Shown: positions 44,585 to 54,175, numbered from the stretch's first letter. The stretch is 64,000 nucleotides of DNA from Patescibacteria group bacterium (GCA_040388985.1 JAZKAU010000001.1:123359-187358), one strand, 5' to 3'. The notes: generated by a model not told the origin, from the letters alone. Program-made: numbers and translations.

Positions 44585-46093
44585 ATGGATTTTTCCTTTA
44601 AGATCAAAACGAATAAAGATGGGGAACTCGAGTCGGCAGAGCTAAAGCGCACGCCAACGCCCGGCGGCGTGCGCACCCGCTTCGCGCCAAGCCCTACAGG
44701 CTTCTTGCATGTGGGCGGGGTTAGAACTGCTATATATGCGTGGCTATTTGCATTCCAGCACGGAGGCTCCTTCATTCTTCGTATCGAAGATACCGATAAG
44801 AAACGTGAAGTCGAGGGTTCGATCGGTCATATTATGGAGTCCCTCAGGTGGCTTGGTATCAAATGGAATGAAGGTATCGATGTCGGAGGTCCGTATGAGC
44901 CATACCTCCAGTCTGCTCGCAAAGATTCGCATCACGCCTATGCGCGAAAACTATTGGCGGCAGGCCACGCGTATCCAGACCCATATACTCAGGAAGAGGT
45001 CGAGGCCTTTCGCAAGAAAGCAGAGGAGGAAAAACGTCCCTTCCTCTATCGTGAGCATCGGCCGGAGCAATTCCAAGAATGGGACGGTACAGCACCCCTT
45101 CGCTTTAAAGTGCCGGTCATAAAGCGCTACGAATGGCACGATCTCGTTATGGGAGACCTTTCGGCCGGAGAGGAGGCACTAGATGACTTTGTAATTATTA
45201 AGAGCGACGGGTATCCGACGTATAACTTCGCGCACGTTATCGACGATATCGAGATGAAAATCACGCATGTGGTACGTGGACAAGAATTCATATCAAGTAC
45301 ACCTAATTATCTTGCCTTACATGAAGCACTCGGCGTACAGCCGACTCTGTTCGCAACGCTTCCACCGATACTTGGGGAAGAAGGCACCAAGAAGCTCGGG
45401 AAACGCGACGGCGCGAAAGATATCCTTGATTATCGCGCCGACGGGTATCTGTCGGAAGCGATGCTGAACTTCCTCGCGCTTTTAGGTTGGCATCCTTCGG
45501 GGGATAACGAGATATTGGGCTTTGAGGATCTCTTACGCGAGTTCGATATTGAACGCGTCCAAAGAAGTGGTGCGCAGTTCGATAACGAGAAACTGTTGTT
45601 CATAAACCGCGAATGGATGCGAAAGCTGTCGGATGAAGAATACGTGCAACGAGGGGAACTGACAGCTTCAGACAACGTGCGACTCATGAAAGCAGTCTCT
45701 GTTCTTAAAGAACGTTGTCACACCTTCCTTGAGGCGCGAGATATGCTCGCCGGAGAGCTCAGCTGCCTTTTTAAAGCTCCCACGCCTTCGCGCGAAGGAC
45801 TGCTCGCCAAAGAGCCGGGAGAAGTCGCAGGGAGCACGAAGGAGCACCTAGCGGCCCTAGAAAGCCATATCTCCGGTCTTCATGAAGGTTTGAGTGCTGA
45901 CGAGATAAAGGAAGCGCTTATGCCGTACGCAGACGCTATACCGAAGGAGAACGGGGGCCGCGGAGCGGCCCTGTGGCCTCTGCGCTACGCTCTGTCAGGA
46001 GAAGAACGCTCTCCGGACCCCTTCACGCTTATCTCCATCCTCGGGCCCGCTGAGAGTGTTTCGCGAATCCGTACAGCGCTTTTATCTTTGTAA
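44585..46093 (+). CDS. gltX: Glutamate--tRNA ligase
   Basis: RFAPSPTGFLHVGGVRTAIY (HIGH-type), KLGKRDG (KMSKS-type) and a GluRS-sized protein. Confidence 0.85.
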   Translation: MDFSFKIKTNKDGELESAELKRTPTPGGVRTRFAPSPTGFLHVGGVRTAIYAWLFAFQHGGSFILRIEDTDKKREVEGSIGHIMESLRWLGIKWNEGIDVGGPYEPYLQSARKDSHHAYARKLLAAGHAYPDPYTQEEVEAFRKKAEEEKRPFLYREHRPEQFQEWDGTAPLRFKVPVIKRYEWHDLVMGDLSAGEEALDDFVIIKSDGYPTYNFAHVIDDIEMKITHVVRGQEFISSTPNYLALHEALGVQPTLFATLPPILGEEGTKKLGKRDGAKDILDYRADGYLSEAMLNFLALLGWHPSGDNEILGFEDLLREFDIERVQRSGAQFDNEKLLFINREWMRKLSDEEYVQRGELTASDNVRLMKAVSVLKERCHTFLEARDMLAGELSCLFKAPTPSREGLLAKEPGEVAGSTKEHLAALESHISGLHEGLSADEIKEALMPYADAIPKENGGRGAALWPLRYALSGEERSPDPFTLISILGPAESVSRIRTALLSL

Positions 46094-46183
46094 CGCTGCA
46101 CTTGGGCCTGCCTAGGAAGGCATGCACTTCTATTTTTCTAACTCGGAATACCTCGTAAGAAAAATATGTCGTATACTAGGGTA

Positions 46184-47557
46184 ATGAACGTGCGTTCTTT
46201 CATCAGTCTTTCCGCCTTCCTCGTCGCTAGCCTTGTGCTCGCCGGCGCGCTCTCGACGATCGCGCCCGGAACGACGTTCGCACAGGCAACCGGAGACACT
46301 TCCGCCATCCAGGCGCAGATAGAGGCGCATAACCAGCAGATCGCGGATCTCGAGAAGGAGATCGCGGCATATCAGTCCCAGCTCAATACGCTCGGCTCGC
46401 AGCATCAGACGCTTCAGACGGCTATAAAGTCGATTGACGTCTCGCGGTCCCAGACGTCGACGCAGATCAAGGTCACGCAGAATAAGATGAGCGCGAGCTC
46501 GCTCAAGCTCCAGGAACTCTCAGGCGAGATATCGCAGAAGGAATACCAGATCCAGCTCGACAAGAAGTCGCTCGGACAGAGCCTGCGCGATATGGACGCG
46601 GCAGATAATAACACGATGATCGAGCAAGTGCTCGGTGCCGACACCCTTTCGCAGGCATGGGCGGCGGCCGACAGCTCGCTTGCGGTAGGGGATGCGCTGC
46701 GCGCGAATGCGGATCAGCTCGCAGGCATCACTCGCGAGCTCGACGCCCAGCATAGCGACGAGAGCGCGACCCGTGACAAGCTCGCCTCGCTCAATTCTGA
46801 ACTCTCTACTCAGCAGCATCAGCTCGACGTGAACAAGGCAGAGAAGGATAAGCTCCTGAGTCAGACGAAGAACCAGGAATCGAGCTACCAGTCGCTTATC
46901 GCCCAGAAGAAGGCGCAAGAGAAGATATTCGAAAGCGAGCTCAACTCCCTCGAGAGCCAGCTCAAATCAGTGGGGCAGGCAAGTATCCCGGTCGTACAGA
47001 ACGGCGTGCTGGCATGGCCGTTCTCGCCGACGTTCGCTGCAAGCTGCGCAGGTAAGGCCGGTGCGCTCGGAAACATCCACTGCATCACGCAGTATTTCGG
47101 TAATACCGCCTTTGCGGCCTCGGGCGCGTATAACGGCTCAGGGCATAACGGCATCGACATCGGCATGCCTATCGGTACGCCCGTGCAGGCGGCGCTTACC
47201 GGCGTAGTACTCGGCACCGGAAATACGGACCTCGCGCATTCCGCCGGCGGCGCACAGTGTTATTCCTTCGGAAAGTGGGTTGCCGTGAAGCATGATAACG
47301 GACTTGCGACCGTATACGCCCACCTTTCCCAGATAAGCGTCTCAGCCGGGCAGTCGGTAAGCACCGGAGCCATCCTCGGCTACTCCGGTATGACCGGGTA
47401 CGCTACCGGCCCGCACCTCCATTTCGGCGTCTACGCTTCTGCCGGCATCCAGATCATGACCCTCAACCAGTTCAAGGGCGCTGATACGCCGTGCGCGAAC
47501 GCCACCATGCCGGTCGCACCGCTCAACGCATACCTGAATCCTATTTCGTACCTGTAA
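46184..47557 (+). CDS. M23-family peptidoglycan endopeptidase with N-terminal signal and coiled-coil region (EnvC/LytM-like)
   Basis: Coiled-coil Q/L-rich repeats. The C-terminus carries HNGIDIG...YAHL...GYSGMTGYATGPHLHF, the M23 zinc motifs HxxxD and HxH. The ATG at 46184 is 7 nt after a TATACT box, and the upstream ATG at 46166 lies inside that box region. Confidence 0.75.
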   Translation: MNVRSFISLSAFLVASLVLAGALSTIAPGTTFAQATGDTSAIQAQIEAHNQQIADLEKEIAAYQSQLNTLGSQHQTLQTAIKSIDVSRSQTSTQIKVTQNKMSASSLKLQELSGEISQKEYQIQLDKKSLGQSLRDMDAADNNTMIEQVLGADTLSQAWAAADSSLAVGDALRANADQLAGITRELDAQHSDESATRDKLASLNSELSTQQHQLDVNKAEKDKLLSQTKNQESSYQSLIAQKKAQEKIFESELNSLESQLKSVGQASIPVVQNGVLAWPFSPTFAASCAGKAGALGNIHCITQYFGNTAFAASGAYNGSGHNGIDIGMPIGTPVQAALTGVVLGTGNTDLAHSAGGAQCYSFGKWVAVKHDNGLATVYAHLSQISVSAGQSVSTGAILGYSGMTGYATGPHLHFGVYASAGIQIMTLNQFKGADTPCANATMPVAPLNAYLNPISYL

Positions 47558-47573
47558 CAGAAGACTGGCTTCA

Positions 47574-47613
47574 GAACGGAAAGGCCCCGGCTACGCCGGG
47601 GCCTTTCCGTTCT
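47574..47613. terminator. Bidirectional terminator (perfect 18-bp stem)
   Basis: AGAACGGAAAGGCCCCGG ctac GCCGGGGCCTTTCCGTTCT. Confidence 0.7.
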
Positions 47614-47633
47614 ACTACGCCTTCAGACTCCGA

Positions 47634-47852
47634 TCAACGAATCCTAAGATCCTGATCGCGATCGACAGTGATACTAGGCTTATTCTTGAACCAGATAGTT
47701 ACTTTCTGGCCATTATCGTATGTGCGCTCGATCTCATCGTCGTAGTCCAAGCTGTACTCGCCACCACGCTTATCAAGCAGATACGCCTTAGTTCCGGGCT
47801 CTTCTTCGAAACGTTCGATTCTCTTGAACTGCTCGGGTCTTGGAAATTCCAT
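47634..47852 (-). CDS. Small hypothetical protein (72 aa) downstream of the alkA-like gene
   Basis: ORF in the coding frame on the minus strand. No SD. Charged, non-membrane composition. Confidence 0.4.
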   Translation of the reverse strand: MEFPRPEQFKRIERFEEEPGTKAYLLDKRGGEYSLDYDDEIERTYDNGQKVTIWFKNKPSITVDRDQDLRIR

Positions 47853-47867
47853 GGATAAAAGTATAGC

Positions 47868-48551
47868 TTACTTTTTTGCGTGATGAAGCTTCCACAGCAG
47901 GAGGGAAACGTAGGAACGATGGGGCGACCATCTCGCCGCGATACGCTCTAACTCTTTACGGTGCGAACCTTTAGGGAGGCCATGGAGTTCTTCCGTCATG
48001 CGCGCGAGGATAAGATCGCCCGCAGAGAAGACATCGGGACTTCCGACTGCGAAGATGAGGAACATCTCGGCCGTCCATGGTCCGATGCCGCGGTGACTCG
48101 TAAGCGTGTGCACTGCCTCTTCAGGAGTCTGCTTCTTGAGTGCCAGCAGATTAAGTTCGCCCGAGAGGATGCTTTCCGAAAGCTCGGTGAGCGCCCGTAC
48201 CTTAGCTTCAGACAGGCCCGCAGCACGGAGCTTCACGGAGTGCGTCGCTTGTACTGCGACAGGCGTAAGCGTGCCGCCGACCGCTGTTTCAAGGCGCGCG
48301 AAGATAGTCGCTGCAGCTTTCCCAGAAAGCTGCTGGCTCGTGATGGACGAGACGAGCGAACGGAAGAGCTGGTCGCGCGTGCGCTTAGGCTGTACGCGCG
48401 ACGCAACGAGGCCACGATGGGGAAGGGAAGCCGTATAGAGAATCGGGTCAGCGCGCTTGAGGTGCGCGAGCGCAGCGCGCTCGCGCACGAGATCCCTGCT
48501 TTCCACAGCCGTCTTCGCACGTTTTTCACCTTTTCCATATTGAGACGCCAT
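47868..48551 (-). CDS. HhH-GPD base-excision DNA glycosylase (AlkA-like 3-methyladenine glycosylase II)
   Basis: HhH-GPD segment LTSHRGIGPWTAEMFLIFAVGSPDVFSAGDLIL with the catalytic Asp. Confidence 0.7.
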   Translation of the reverse strand: MASQYGKGEKRAKTAVESRDLVRERAALAHLKRADPILYTASLPHRGLVASRVQPKRTRDQLFRSLVSSITSQQLSGKAAATIFARLETAVGGTLTPVAVQATHSVKLRAAGLSEAKVRALTELSESILSGELNLLALKKQTPEEAVHTLTSHRGIGPWTAEMFLIFAVGSPDVFSAGDLILARMTEELHGLPKGSHRKELERIAARWSPHRSYVSLLLWKLHHAKK

Positions 48552-48584
48552 AGCAGTTCCAAGTATGCGCTATACTGTGCCCAT

Positions 48585-48779
48585 ATGGCAAAACTCATAT
48601 TCTATATCATCGTCGGCCTGCTCGTGCTCTCGTTCTTCGGGGTCTCCCTCCAGCATCTCGTGCAGTCTCCGACTACGCAGGGAAATTTCTCGTACTTCTG
48701 GGATCTTATCGTACAAGGGTGGAACTTCCTTACGGGAACCGCTCGCGATCTCGGACAGAGCTTCGGCTTCGGTAAATAA
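48585..48779 (+). CDS. Small membrane protein (64 aa), translationally coupled to the next gene
   Basis: A TATACT box lies 13 nt before the ATG at 48585. Translates to MAKLIFYIIVGLLVLSFFGVSLQ.... Its TAA stop overlaps the next ATG (TAATG at 48777-48781). The rest of the 272-aa track ORF is antisense to the alkA-like gene and was discarded. Confidence 0.45.
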   Translation: MAKLIFYIIVGLLVLSFFGVSLQHLVQSPTTQGNFSYFWDLIVQGWNFLTGTARDLGQSFGFGK

Positions 48780-49027
48780 TGCCGATGGAACCCTTCATGG
48801 AAAAAAGAATCAATATCAGCATTCCCGCCGAGGCGACGCCTTCTTTCTCGAACGCTACCCAGGTGACCGTGTCCGACGACTCGGTTGTGCTCCAGTTCGC
48901 GTATGTCCGTCCCGACACCGCTTCAGGTCAGCTTATCTCCGAGATCGTCCTCTCTCCTAAGCACGCCATCGACTTCAGCCGTTCGCTCGACGCCACCATA
49001 AAGCAGCATTTTACACGTCACCTTTAG
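48779..49027 (+). CDS. DUF3467-like small protein
   Basis: RINISIPAEATPSFSNATQVTVSDDSVVLQFAYVRPDTASGQLISEIVLSPKHAIDFSRSL matches the DUF3467 pattern as recalled from memory. Confidence 0.5.
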   Translation: MPMEPFMEKRINISIPAEATPSFSNATQVTVSDDSVVLQFAYVRPDTASGQLISEIVLSPKHAIDFSRSLDATIKQHFTRHL

Positions 49028-49062
49028 ACACAAATAAGCAGCAAGCTCTGAGAGAAATTGCC

Positions 49063-49099
49063 AAGGGCCCGCTTCGTCTTTCGGACTAGGCGGGCCCTT
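49063..49099. terminator. Bidirectional terminator hairpin
   Basis: AAGGGCCCGC ttcgtctttcggactag GCGGGCCCTT. Confidence 0.5.
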
Positions 49100-49117
49100 T
49101 GCGAACGATGGAGCGGA

Positions 49118-49366
49118 TCATGCGCGTTGGTTCTCACGGAGCGCCACCATCGCGACGATTCCGGCGCAATATACGATGACGAGTTCCGCGACCATCGCCA
49201 TTGCGATGTAGAACCAGGAATGCCCGATGACTGCGCCGAGAGCGACAGGAAGCACGAACAGGATCAGCCAGCTTGCCGGAGCGAACACCTGGGCAATGTT
49301 GATGCACACCAGGATGGGGACAAGCAACAGGAACAAAAGATCGAGGATCTTGGACAAGTTCGGCAT
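49118..49366 (-). CDS. Small membrane protein (82 aa, 2-3 TM segments), hypothetical
   Basis: GAGAGGT lies before the ATG at 49366. Hydrophobic throughout. Confidence 0.5.
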   Translation of the reverse strand: MPNLSKILDLLFLLLVPILVCINIAQVFAPASWLILFVLPVALGAVIGHSWFYIAMAMVAELVIVYCAGIVAMVALRENQRA

Positions 49367-49532
49367 GACAGCTACCTCTCAATGTTCGGTTGCGGAAACG
49401 AAATCTCTTGGTGCAATTCAGGACCAGTATCATATTGGTACGGATAAAATTATCCGTCAATGCGCTCGGCAAGGACTGTCGGCCCGCGGAGAGGATTTGC
49501 TAAATTGCCAGATTTGTCCTATTATCCATTCC

Positions 49533-50537
49533 ATGAGACAAAGCGTAGTGCCGTGGAGACTGGTACGCAGGATGTTCGGCGCCCTGGGAGTATTCGTCGT
49601 CCTTACGGTCGTAACATGGGCGCTGGAAAGCTATCTTGCTCATGTCCGGAGCAATGCGCTTACGGCAGCCGTCATCGCCTCCCAAGTCGTCTCTCTCACT
49701 AACGATAGCCGCACAGGTGGAGGACTTCCGGCGCTCACGGTCAGTCCGCTCCTCACCCAAGCTGCACAACTCAAGGCAGATGACATGGCCAAAGGCTCCT
49801 ATTACGCGCACGTAAGTCCGGACGGAAAGACCCCGCTCTATTGGCTCGATCAGGTAGGGTACCGCTATCTGAACGCTGGCGAGAACCTCGTCATCGACCG
49901 GACAACCTCCAAGGACGTCGTGGACGCCTGGCTGAATTCACCTGACCACCGCGAGAATATCCTGCGGCCGCAATTCACGGAGATAGGAGTCGGCGTCGCA
50001 AACGGCAGGTATAAGGGGGAGGATACTATCTATGTCGTACAGGAATTCGGCACGCCCTATCCTTCGGTACAGCTCGCCCGGATTCCGGCACCCATACCTG
50101 CTCCCGTGGCGCCTGCGACCATACGCACTCCGGAACACATCGCGCTGCCGGTATTGGCCGCAAAGCCCGCGACGGTCCTCGCCACCTCCACCGTAACCGC
50201 ACCAAGCAATACGCTCGTGCGGAGCGTGGCTGCGCTCGCCGCTCCCGTTATCGACACCATACACGTAGTCCGTACGCAGGTAGCCACTACGACTGCTCCC
50301 CGCATAGCAGCCAGCTCGACTCCTGCGATACCTGGAACTGCCACGACGACAGTTCCGAGCACGCCTGCGCCGCAGCCGGAACATGTATTCAGGATAACGA
50401 ACCTTCCGGATACGACGATCTCAGCCGTTCCAAGCGCTAGTGTAACGGCACCTTCTTCACCCGACGTCTCCTGGTTCGATGCTATTGTGCTGCGGATACG
50501 CAGCATTGCTGCAGGCGTGCCACGGCTTTGGAAATAG
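49533..50537 (+). CDS. CAP (SCP/PR-1/YkwD-like) domain protein with N-terminal TM anchor and Pro/Thr/Ala-rich C-terminal region
   Basis: GENLVIDRTTSKDVVDAWLNSPDHRENIL matches the CAP-domain signature. The ATG at 49533 is internal to the track ORF (49227). Confidence 0.65.
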   Translation: MRQSVVPWRLVRRMFGALGVFVVLTVVTWALESYLAHVRSNALTAAVIASQVVSLTNDSRTGGGLPALTVSPLLTQAAQLKADDMAKGSYYAHVSPDGKTPLYWLDQVGYRYLNAGENLVIDRTTSKDVVDAWLNSPDHRENILRPQFTEIGVGVANGRYKGEDTIYVVQEFGTPYPSVQLARIPAPIPAPVAPATIRTPEHIALPVLAAKPATVLATSTVTAPSNTLVRSVAALAAPVIDTIHVVRTQVATTTAPRIAASSTPAIPGTATTTVPSTPAPQPEHVFRITNLPDTTISAVPSASVTAPSSPDVSWFDAIVLRIRSIAAGVPRLWK

Positions 50538-50637
50538 GGCTTTCATGATGTCTTCACCGGACCTTCACCTATAATGAGGTAGAAATATGTACATGGATAG
50601 CCGTAGGCATCCTCAGTACTAGGTAATTGACTCTCTC

Positions 50638-50874
50638 ATGAAAAAACTACTCGGAATATTTGCTCTCGCGGCATTAGTTGCGGTTCCAGCGGCCGCGTCC
50701 CACGCAGCAACGTTTGCGTACGTGAACACGTCCGGCGAAGTCAGCTCGGTGGAGGCTACTACGGCCACTACCGCGCTTTCAACTGCGCCGAACATCGCTA
50801 TGCATAGCGGCGTGATGCAGCTCAGCGACACCAATGATTCGATCCTCAACGACAACGTAGGCGGATCGCTTTAA
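50638..50874 (+). CDS. Small secreted protein (78 aa), hypothetical
   Basis: Signal peptide MKKLLGIFALAALVAVPAAASHA. A strong terminator follows. Confidence 0.45.
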   Translation: MKKLLGIFALAALVAVPAAASHAATFAYVNTSGEVSSVEATTATTALSTAPNIAMHSGVMQLSDTNDSILNDNVGGSL

Positions 50875-50893
50875 GCTTAAGACAACAATACGT

Positions 50894-50935
50894 GAAGATA
50901 ACGAACGGCCCGCAAGCGGGCCGTTCGTTATCTTC
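50894..50935 (+). terminator. Rho-independent terminator (perfect 19-bp stem)
   Basis: GAAGATAACGAACGGCCCG caag CGGGCCGTTCGTTATCTTC. Confidence 0.7.
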
Positions 50936-51036
50936 TTACCCATCCTCACTCTCGAGATGAAGGATGCCTCATCTTCATGAAGATAAGACCATTATAAACA
51001 TGTTGCGTCAAAGAGGTCGCGCGCTATACTACATCT

Positions 51037-52125
51037 ATGAACATTCGCATCACCAAACACGCAGCAACCTATCTTGCACCCATCGTCCTCCTTACAGGAC
51101 TCTTACCCCTTCAGGCATTCGCGTCCTCGAGCAGCTCACCGAGCTGCTCGCTCACAGCGACGACGGGGAGCGGACAAACCAGTCTCCGCAGCTCGGATAC
51201 CGTCCTCGTGCGCCAAGGCGATGTGCTTACGCTTGCCTGGGAAAGCCAGAACGCGAAGAAGGCGATCGATGCAGGTGGTAAGAGCATCGCGCTTTCAGGC
51301 ATTGCGACGTCGACTCCGATGGATTCATTCGACGTCTCGTATACGTTCAGCAACGGCAGTAGGAAGACTGTGTGCAAGGCTTCGATACAAGTAGTGCAGG
51401 CGTCCTTCGTTGCTGAGTCCCTTACGGCTGAGTCCGGATCGCGACCTGACATACTCGGGCAGATAGATGGCTCAAAGACGATCGAAGTAACCGTGCAGGC
51501 GGTCGGCAGCAACACGCTCCTCTATGACAGCAAGACGCTAAAGGTTCGCGGCGGGGGATTCGAAGCAAAGCTTACTAAGGCTCTTCCTGACGGCATGTAT
51601 GTCGTCACGCTCACGGGCGACAAGAAGTACAAGCTGAATCAGATCGCTACCAGCACGCTCACCGTTGGCGCGACCGGAACCCTCTATGCCGCTTCGATCC
51701 CGCTTCTGTCAGGCGGTGCCACAGGTCCCGGAACTACCGTACCCGTCTCCTATCTCCAGATAGTAAACACAGGCAAGACGCCGGTCACGCTCACCGGCTT
51801 CCAGGTGAAAGAAGACGGCTCGGCGCCGACCGCTTCAGTCATCGGCCTCTCGACCGTGGACGATAAGGGCGGCTCGCGCGGACTTATCGGCGGCACTGAA
51901 GGCGCGAACCCTTTTGTGAACGGTATCGCGACTGTTCCTACGAATGCCACATTTGCGCCGGGAGAACGCAAGCTCTTCACGATCAAGGCGATACTCAGCG
52001 TACACGCAGGCGCATATGCGGGGAGCCAGCTCATGCTCGACATCGCAGGACTCGTGGCGCCAGGTGCGAACTTGAAGGCAGTATTCCCGATACGCGGAAC
52101 GACCTGGACCGTAAACGCTTTTTAA
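51037..52125 (+). CDS. Secreted hypothetical protein (362 aa) with Ser/Thr-rich beta-type (Ig-like) regions
   Basis: A TATACT box lies 7 nt before the ATG. Signal peptide MNIRITKHAATYLAPIVLLTGLLPLQAFA. Confidence 0.55.
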   Translation: MNIRITKHAATYLAPIVLLTGLLPLQAFASSSSSPSCSLTATTGSGQTSLRSSDTVLVRQGDVLTLAWESQNAKKAIDAGGKSIALSGIATSTPMDSFDVSYTFSNGSRKTVCKASIQVVQASFVAESLTAESGSRPDILGQIDGSKTIEVTVQAVGSNTLLYDSKTLKVRGGGFEAKLTKALPDGMYVVTLTGDKKYKLNQIATSTLTVGATGTLYAASIPLLSGGATGPGTTVPVSYLQIVNTGKTPVTLTGFQVKEDGSAPTASVIGLSTVDDKGGSRGLIGGTEGANPFVNGIATVPTNATFAPGERKLFTIKAILSVHAGAYAGSQLMLDIAGLVAPGANLKAVFPIRGTTWTVNAF

Positions 52126-52233
52126 GGAATGGTGCATTTCTCAAACGCCCTTAATCAGAACGTCATAGTTGGATGGTAGACTGTACGCATAGCCCTGCGT
52201 GGCAGATCTAGCATAACCAACCTTCATCATTAC

Positions 52234-52584
52234 ATGACTTTCATCTCTCTTATCTTGGGCTTCGTACTGGGCGCTGCCGCTATCATCTTCGCCCTTCAGA
52301 ATAACGAGATGGTCGCGCTCAGCTTCCTGGGATGGCAGTTCGAGAGTTCGCTCGCACTCGTCATTATCCTTGCGACTGCAGTAGGTACGCTTCTCGGCGT
52401 TCTGCTGTCGGTGCCAAGCATCATCCGTCGCAGCTTTGCCATCATGAGCCTTAAGAGAGCTAATCGCGGACTCCATGACGAGGCGCAGACCTTGCGCGAC
52501 ATGCATGAACAGGACGAAGCGAAGCTTCAGGCTGATACGACGTCAGCAGTTGCTCCCGATACTATCGACTTAAGACAGCCGTAA
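52234..52584 (+). CDS. LapA/DUF1049-like inner-membrane protein
   Basis: N-terminal TM hairpin FISLILGFVLGAAAIIFALQN...LALVIILATAVGTLLGVLLS, then a charged coiled tail. This is the DUF1049 pattern. Confidence 0.5.
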   Translation: MTFISLILGFVLGAAAIIFALQNNEMVALSFLGWQFESSLALVIILATAVGTLLGVLLSVPSIIRRSFAIMSLKRANRGLHDEAQTLRDMHEQDEAKLQADTTSAVAPDTIDLRQP

Positions 52585-52590
52585 GACGAC

Positions 52591-53427
52591 CTATAAGGTT
52601 GGAGTAGTGGTGGGGGCTTGCGTCTCGCATGTCTCTCCTGCGTTCGTACTGGAGGCAATCATCCTCGATAGGCTGCCTTGCATGGCAGGAATGGTGTGCG
52701 GACCCTGTCCCTGCGGGCGCCCCGAGAATTCAAGCGAGCGAATGTCGCACGCAAGGAAGGTCTGCGGAGTTGCCGTGAGTATCACGCCGCGCAGGCCCAC
52801 GCGTTCTCCTGCGGAGAGCGCGTTCTTGGCGTCCATCGGAACCGATGGTGCAAACGTGACCTGCCACTCCTTCTGTCCAGGATCGACAAGCACCAAGCCT
52901 TCGGGTGTCGAGGCGCGTATGATACCCACCAGGAAGCCGTGTTCGGGGTTCAGCCAGCGATCGCGCTGCAGGCCTTCGAGATCGCGCGCAAAAGGGAGGT
53001 GGTGTCCAGCAAGTCGATCGAGCAACAGCCCGGTGCCGACGCTATACAGCGCGGTGCCGAGCACGAGGCTCACGAGCAGGAGCGAGAGCAGGAGGGTCGA
53101 GAGTTCGTATTTATAGCCTTTATTAGTGGAGCGGATCTCGCGATAGGCGAGATAGCTGAAAACGCCGAAAAGCACGATCCAGAGCACCGGCATGAGATAG
53201 ATCATATCGAAGGCGGGCGGATGGATGCCCGGAGGGAGTACGCGCGGAATGTTTACGATACGGAATAGGACCGAAGAGACGGCAGCTGCACCCACGAGTA
53301 CGGCGAGTGCTGCGAGCAGCCAGAAGCCGATGTTCTTGAATCTGAAATAGTTGCGCGAGCGCGGCGCGATCTGCTCCGCCTTGATGCGCTCGAGCACCTT
53401 GTCTGAGGTCGTGTTATGCGTATCCAT
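52591..53427 (-). CDS. Putative anti-sigma factor / membrane protein encoded immediately downstream of the ECF sigma factor
   Basis: Overlaps the sigma factor gene by 14 nt. Cytoplasmic N-terminus, then multiple TM helices and an extracytoplasmic domain. Confidence 0.5.
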   Translation of the reverse strand: MDTHNTTSDKVLERIKAEQIAPRSRNYFRFKNIGFWLLAALAVLVGAAAVSSVLFRIVNIPRVLPPGIHPPAFDMIYLMPVLWIVLFGVFSYLAYREIRSTNKGYKYELSTLLLSLLLVSLVLGTALYSVGTGLLLDRLAGHHLPFARDLEGLQRDRWLNPEHGFLVGIIRASTPEGLVLVDPGQKEWQVTFAPSVPMDAKNALSAGERVGLRGVILTATPQTFLACDIRSLEFSGRPQGQGPHTIPAMQGSLSRMIASSTNAGETCETQAPTTTPTL

Positions 53428-53998
53428 ATACGTAGCCGTTAGTGTTCATATAATGCTTGATGCGCGCCTTCGCGCGATTGAGCCGAGTCGCCACCGTCCC
53501 GGGCGGAATGGCGAGAATGTCCGATATCTCGTCGTACGTCTTATGTTCGAAGAACTGGAGGATGATGACCTCGTAGTACTCCTGGGAAAGCTGCTCTACG
53601 GCTTCGCGCAGTCGCTTCGCGTCATATGCCGCCATCGACTCCTTCAGCACATCGGTCTCGCTTGCCAGATTAGCGATCACGTCCTCGTCGAGGTCTACGG
53701 AGTGGCCGTGCGGCCGTGCACGCCGGCGCCTGAAATACGCCATGGTCTCATTGTGCGTAATGCGGTAGAGCCACGAGGAGAGCTTCAGGCTGGAATCGAA
53801 GGAGTTGAGATTCTGATAGACTTTCAGGAACACTTCCTGAAGTATGTCCTCGCTGTCTTCCGGCCCGAGCTTCCCGATGCGGTAGATATACGTACGAAGC
53901 TTGCCTTCGTACCGCTCCACGAGGACCCGGAAATATACCGTATCTTCGAGGCAGGCCTCCACCAGCTCCTCGTCGCTATACTCGCTCATGGTCGGCAT
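53414..53998 (-). CDS. ECF-type RNA polymerase sigma factor (sigma-70 regions 2 and 4)
   Basis: Region 2 LQEVFLKVYQNLNSFDSSLKLSSWLYRITHNE. Region 4 YYEVIILQFFEHKTYDEISDILAIPPGTVATRLNRAKARI. Confidence 0.8.
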   Translation of the reverse strand: MPTMSEYSDEELVEACLEDTVYFRVLVERYEGKLRTYIYRIGKLGPEDSEDILQEVFLKVYQNLNSFDSSLKLSSWLYRITHNETMAYFRRRRARPHGHSVDLDEDVIANLASETDVLKESMAAYDAKRLREAVEQLSQEYYEVIILQFFEHKTYDEISDILAIPPGTVATRLNRAKARIKHYMNTNGYVYGYA

Positions 53999-54099
53999 GC
54001 CTATAGCATACCCTGTCTACTACTACGCCCAGAAGCTGGTCTTTCTTTCATATATTCTTGATGATCGGAAAATGAAGAACTTTGTGTGGGAAAACAAGA

Positions 54100-54150
54100 A
54101 CCACCCACACGAATGCGAGCAGTCCTTGCTGCGCAAACATTGTGGGTGGT
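54100..54150 (-). terminator. Hairpin with T-rich tail on the minus strand, after the secreted-protein gene
   Basis: ACCACCCACA n30 TGTGGGTGGT. A T-rich run follows on the minus strand. A third TGTGGG copy lies at 54084. Confidence 0.4.
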
Positions 54151-54175
54151 CATTCTCCGGATAGTGCCGCTGCCT

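Noticed and set aside
47961-48584. N-terminal 208 aa of the 272-aa plus-strand ORF 47961-48779
   Set aside because: It is antisense to the alkA-like HhH-GPD glycosylase, which has a clear catalytic motif. Only the last 64 codons, from the ATG at 48585 after a TATACT box, were kept as a small gene.
49938-50506. Minus-strand ORFs 49938-50384 and 50057-50506
   Set aside because: They overlap the CAP-domain gene on the opposite strand. Their translations are Gly/Arg/Ala-rich, which is a GC artefact.
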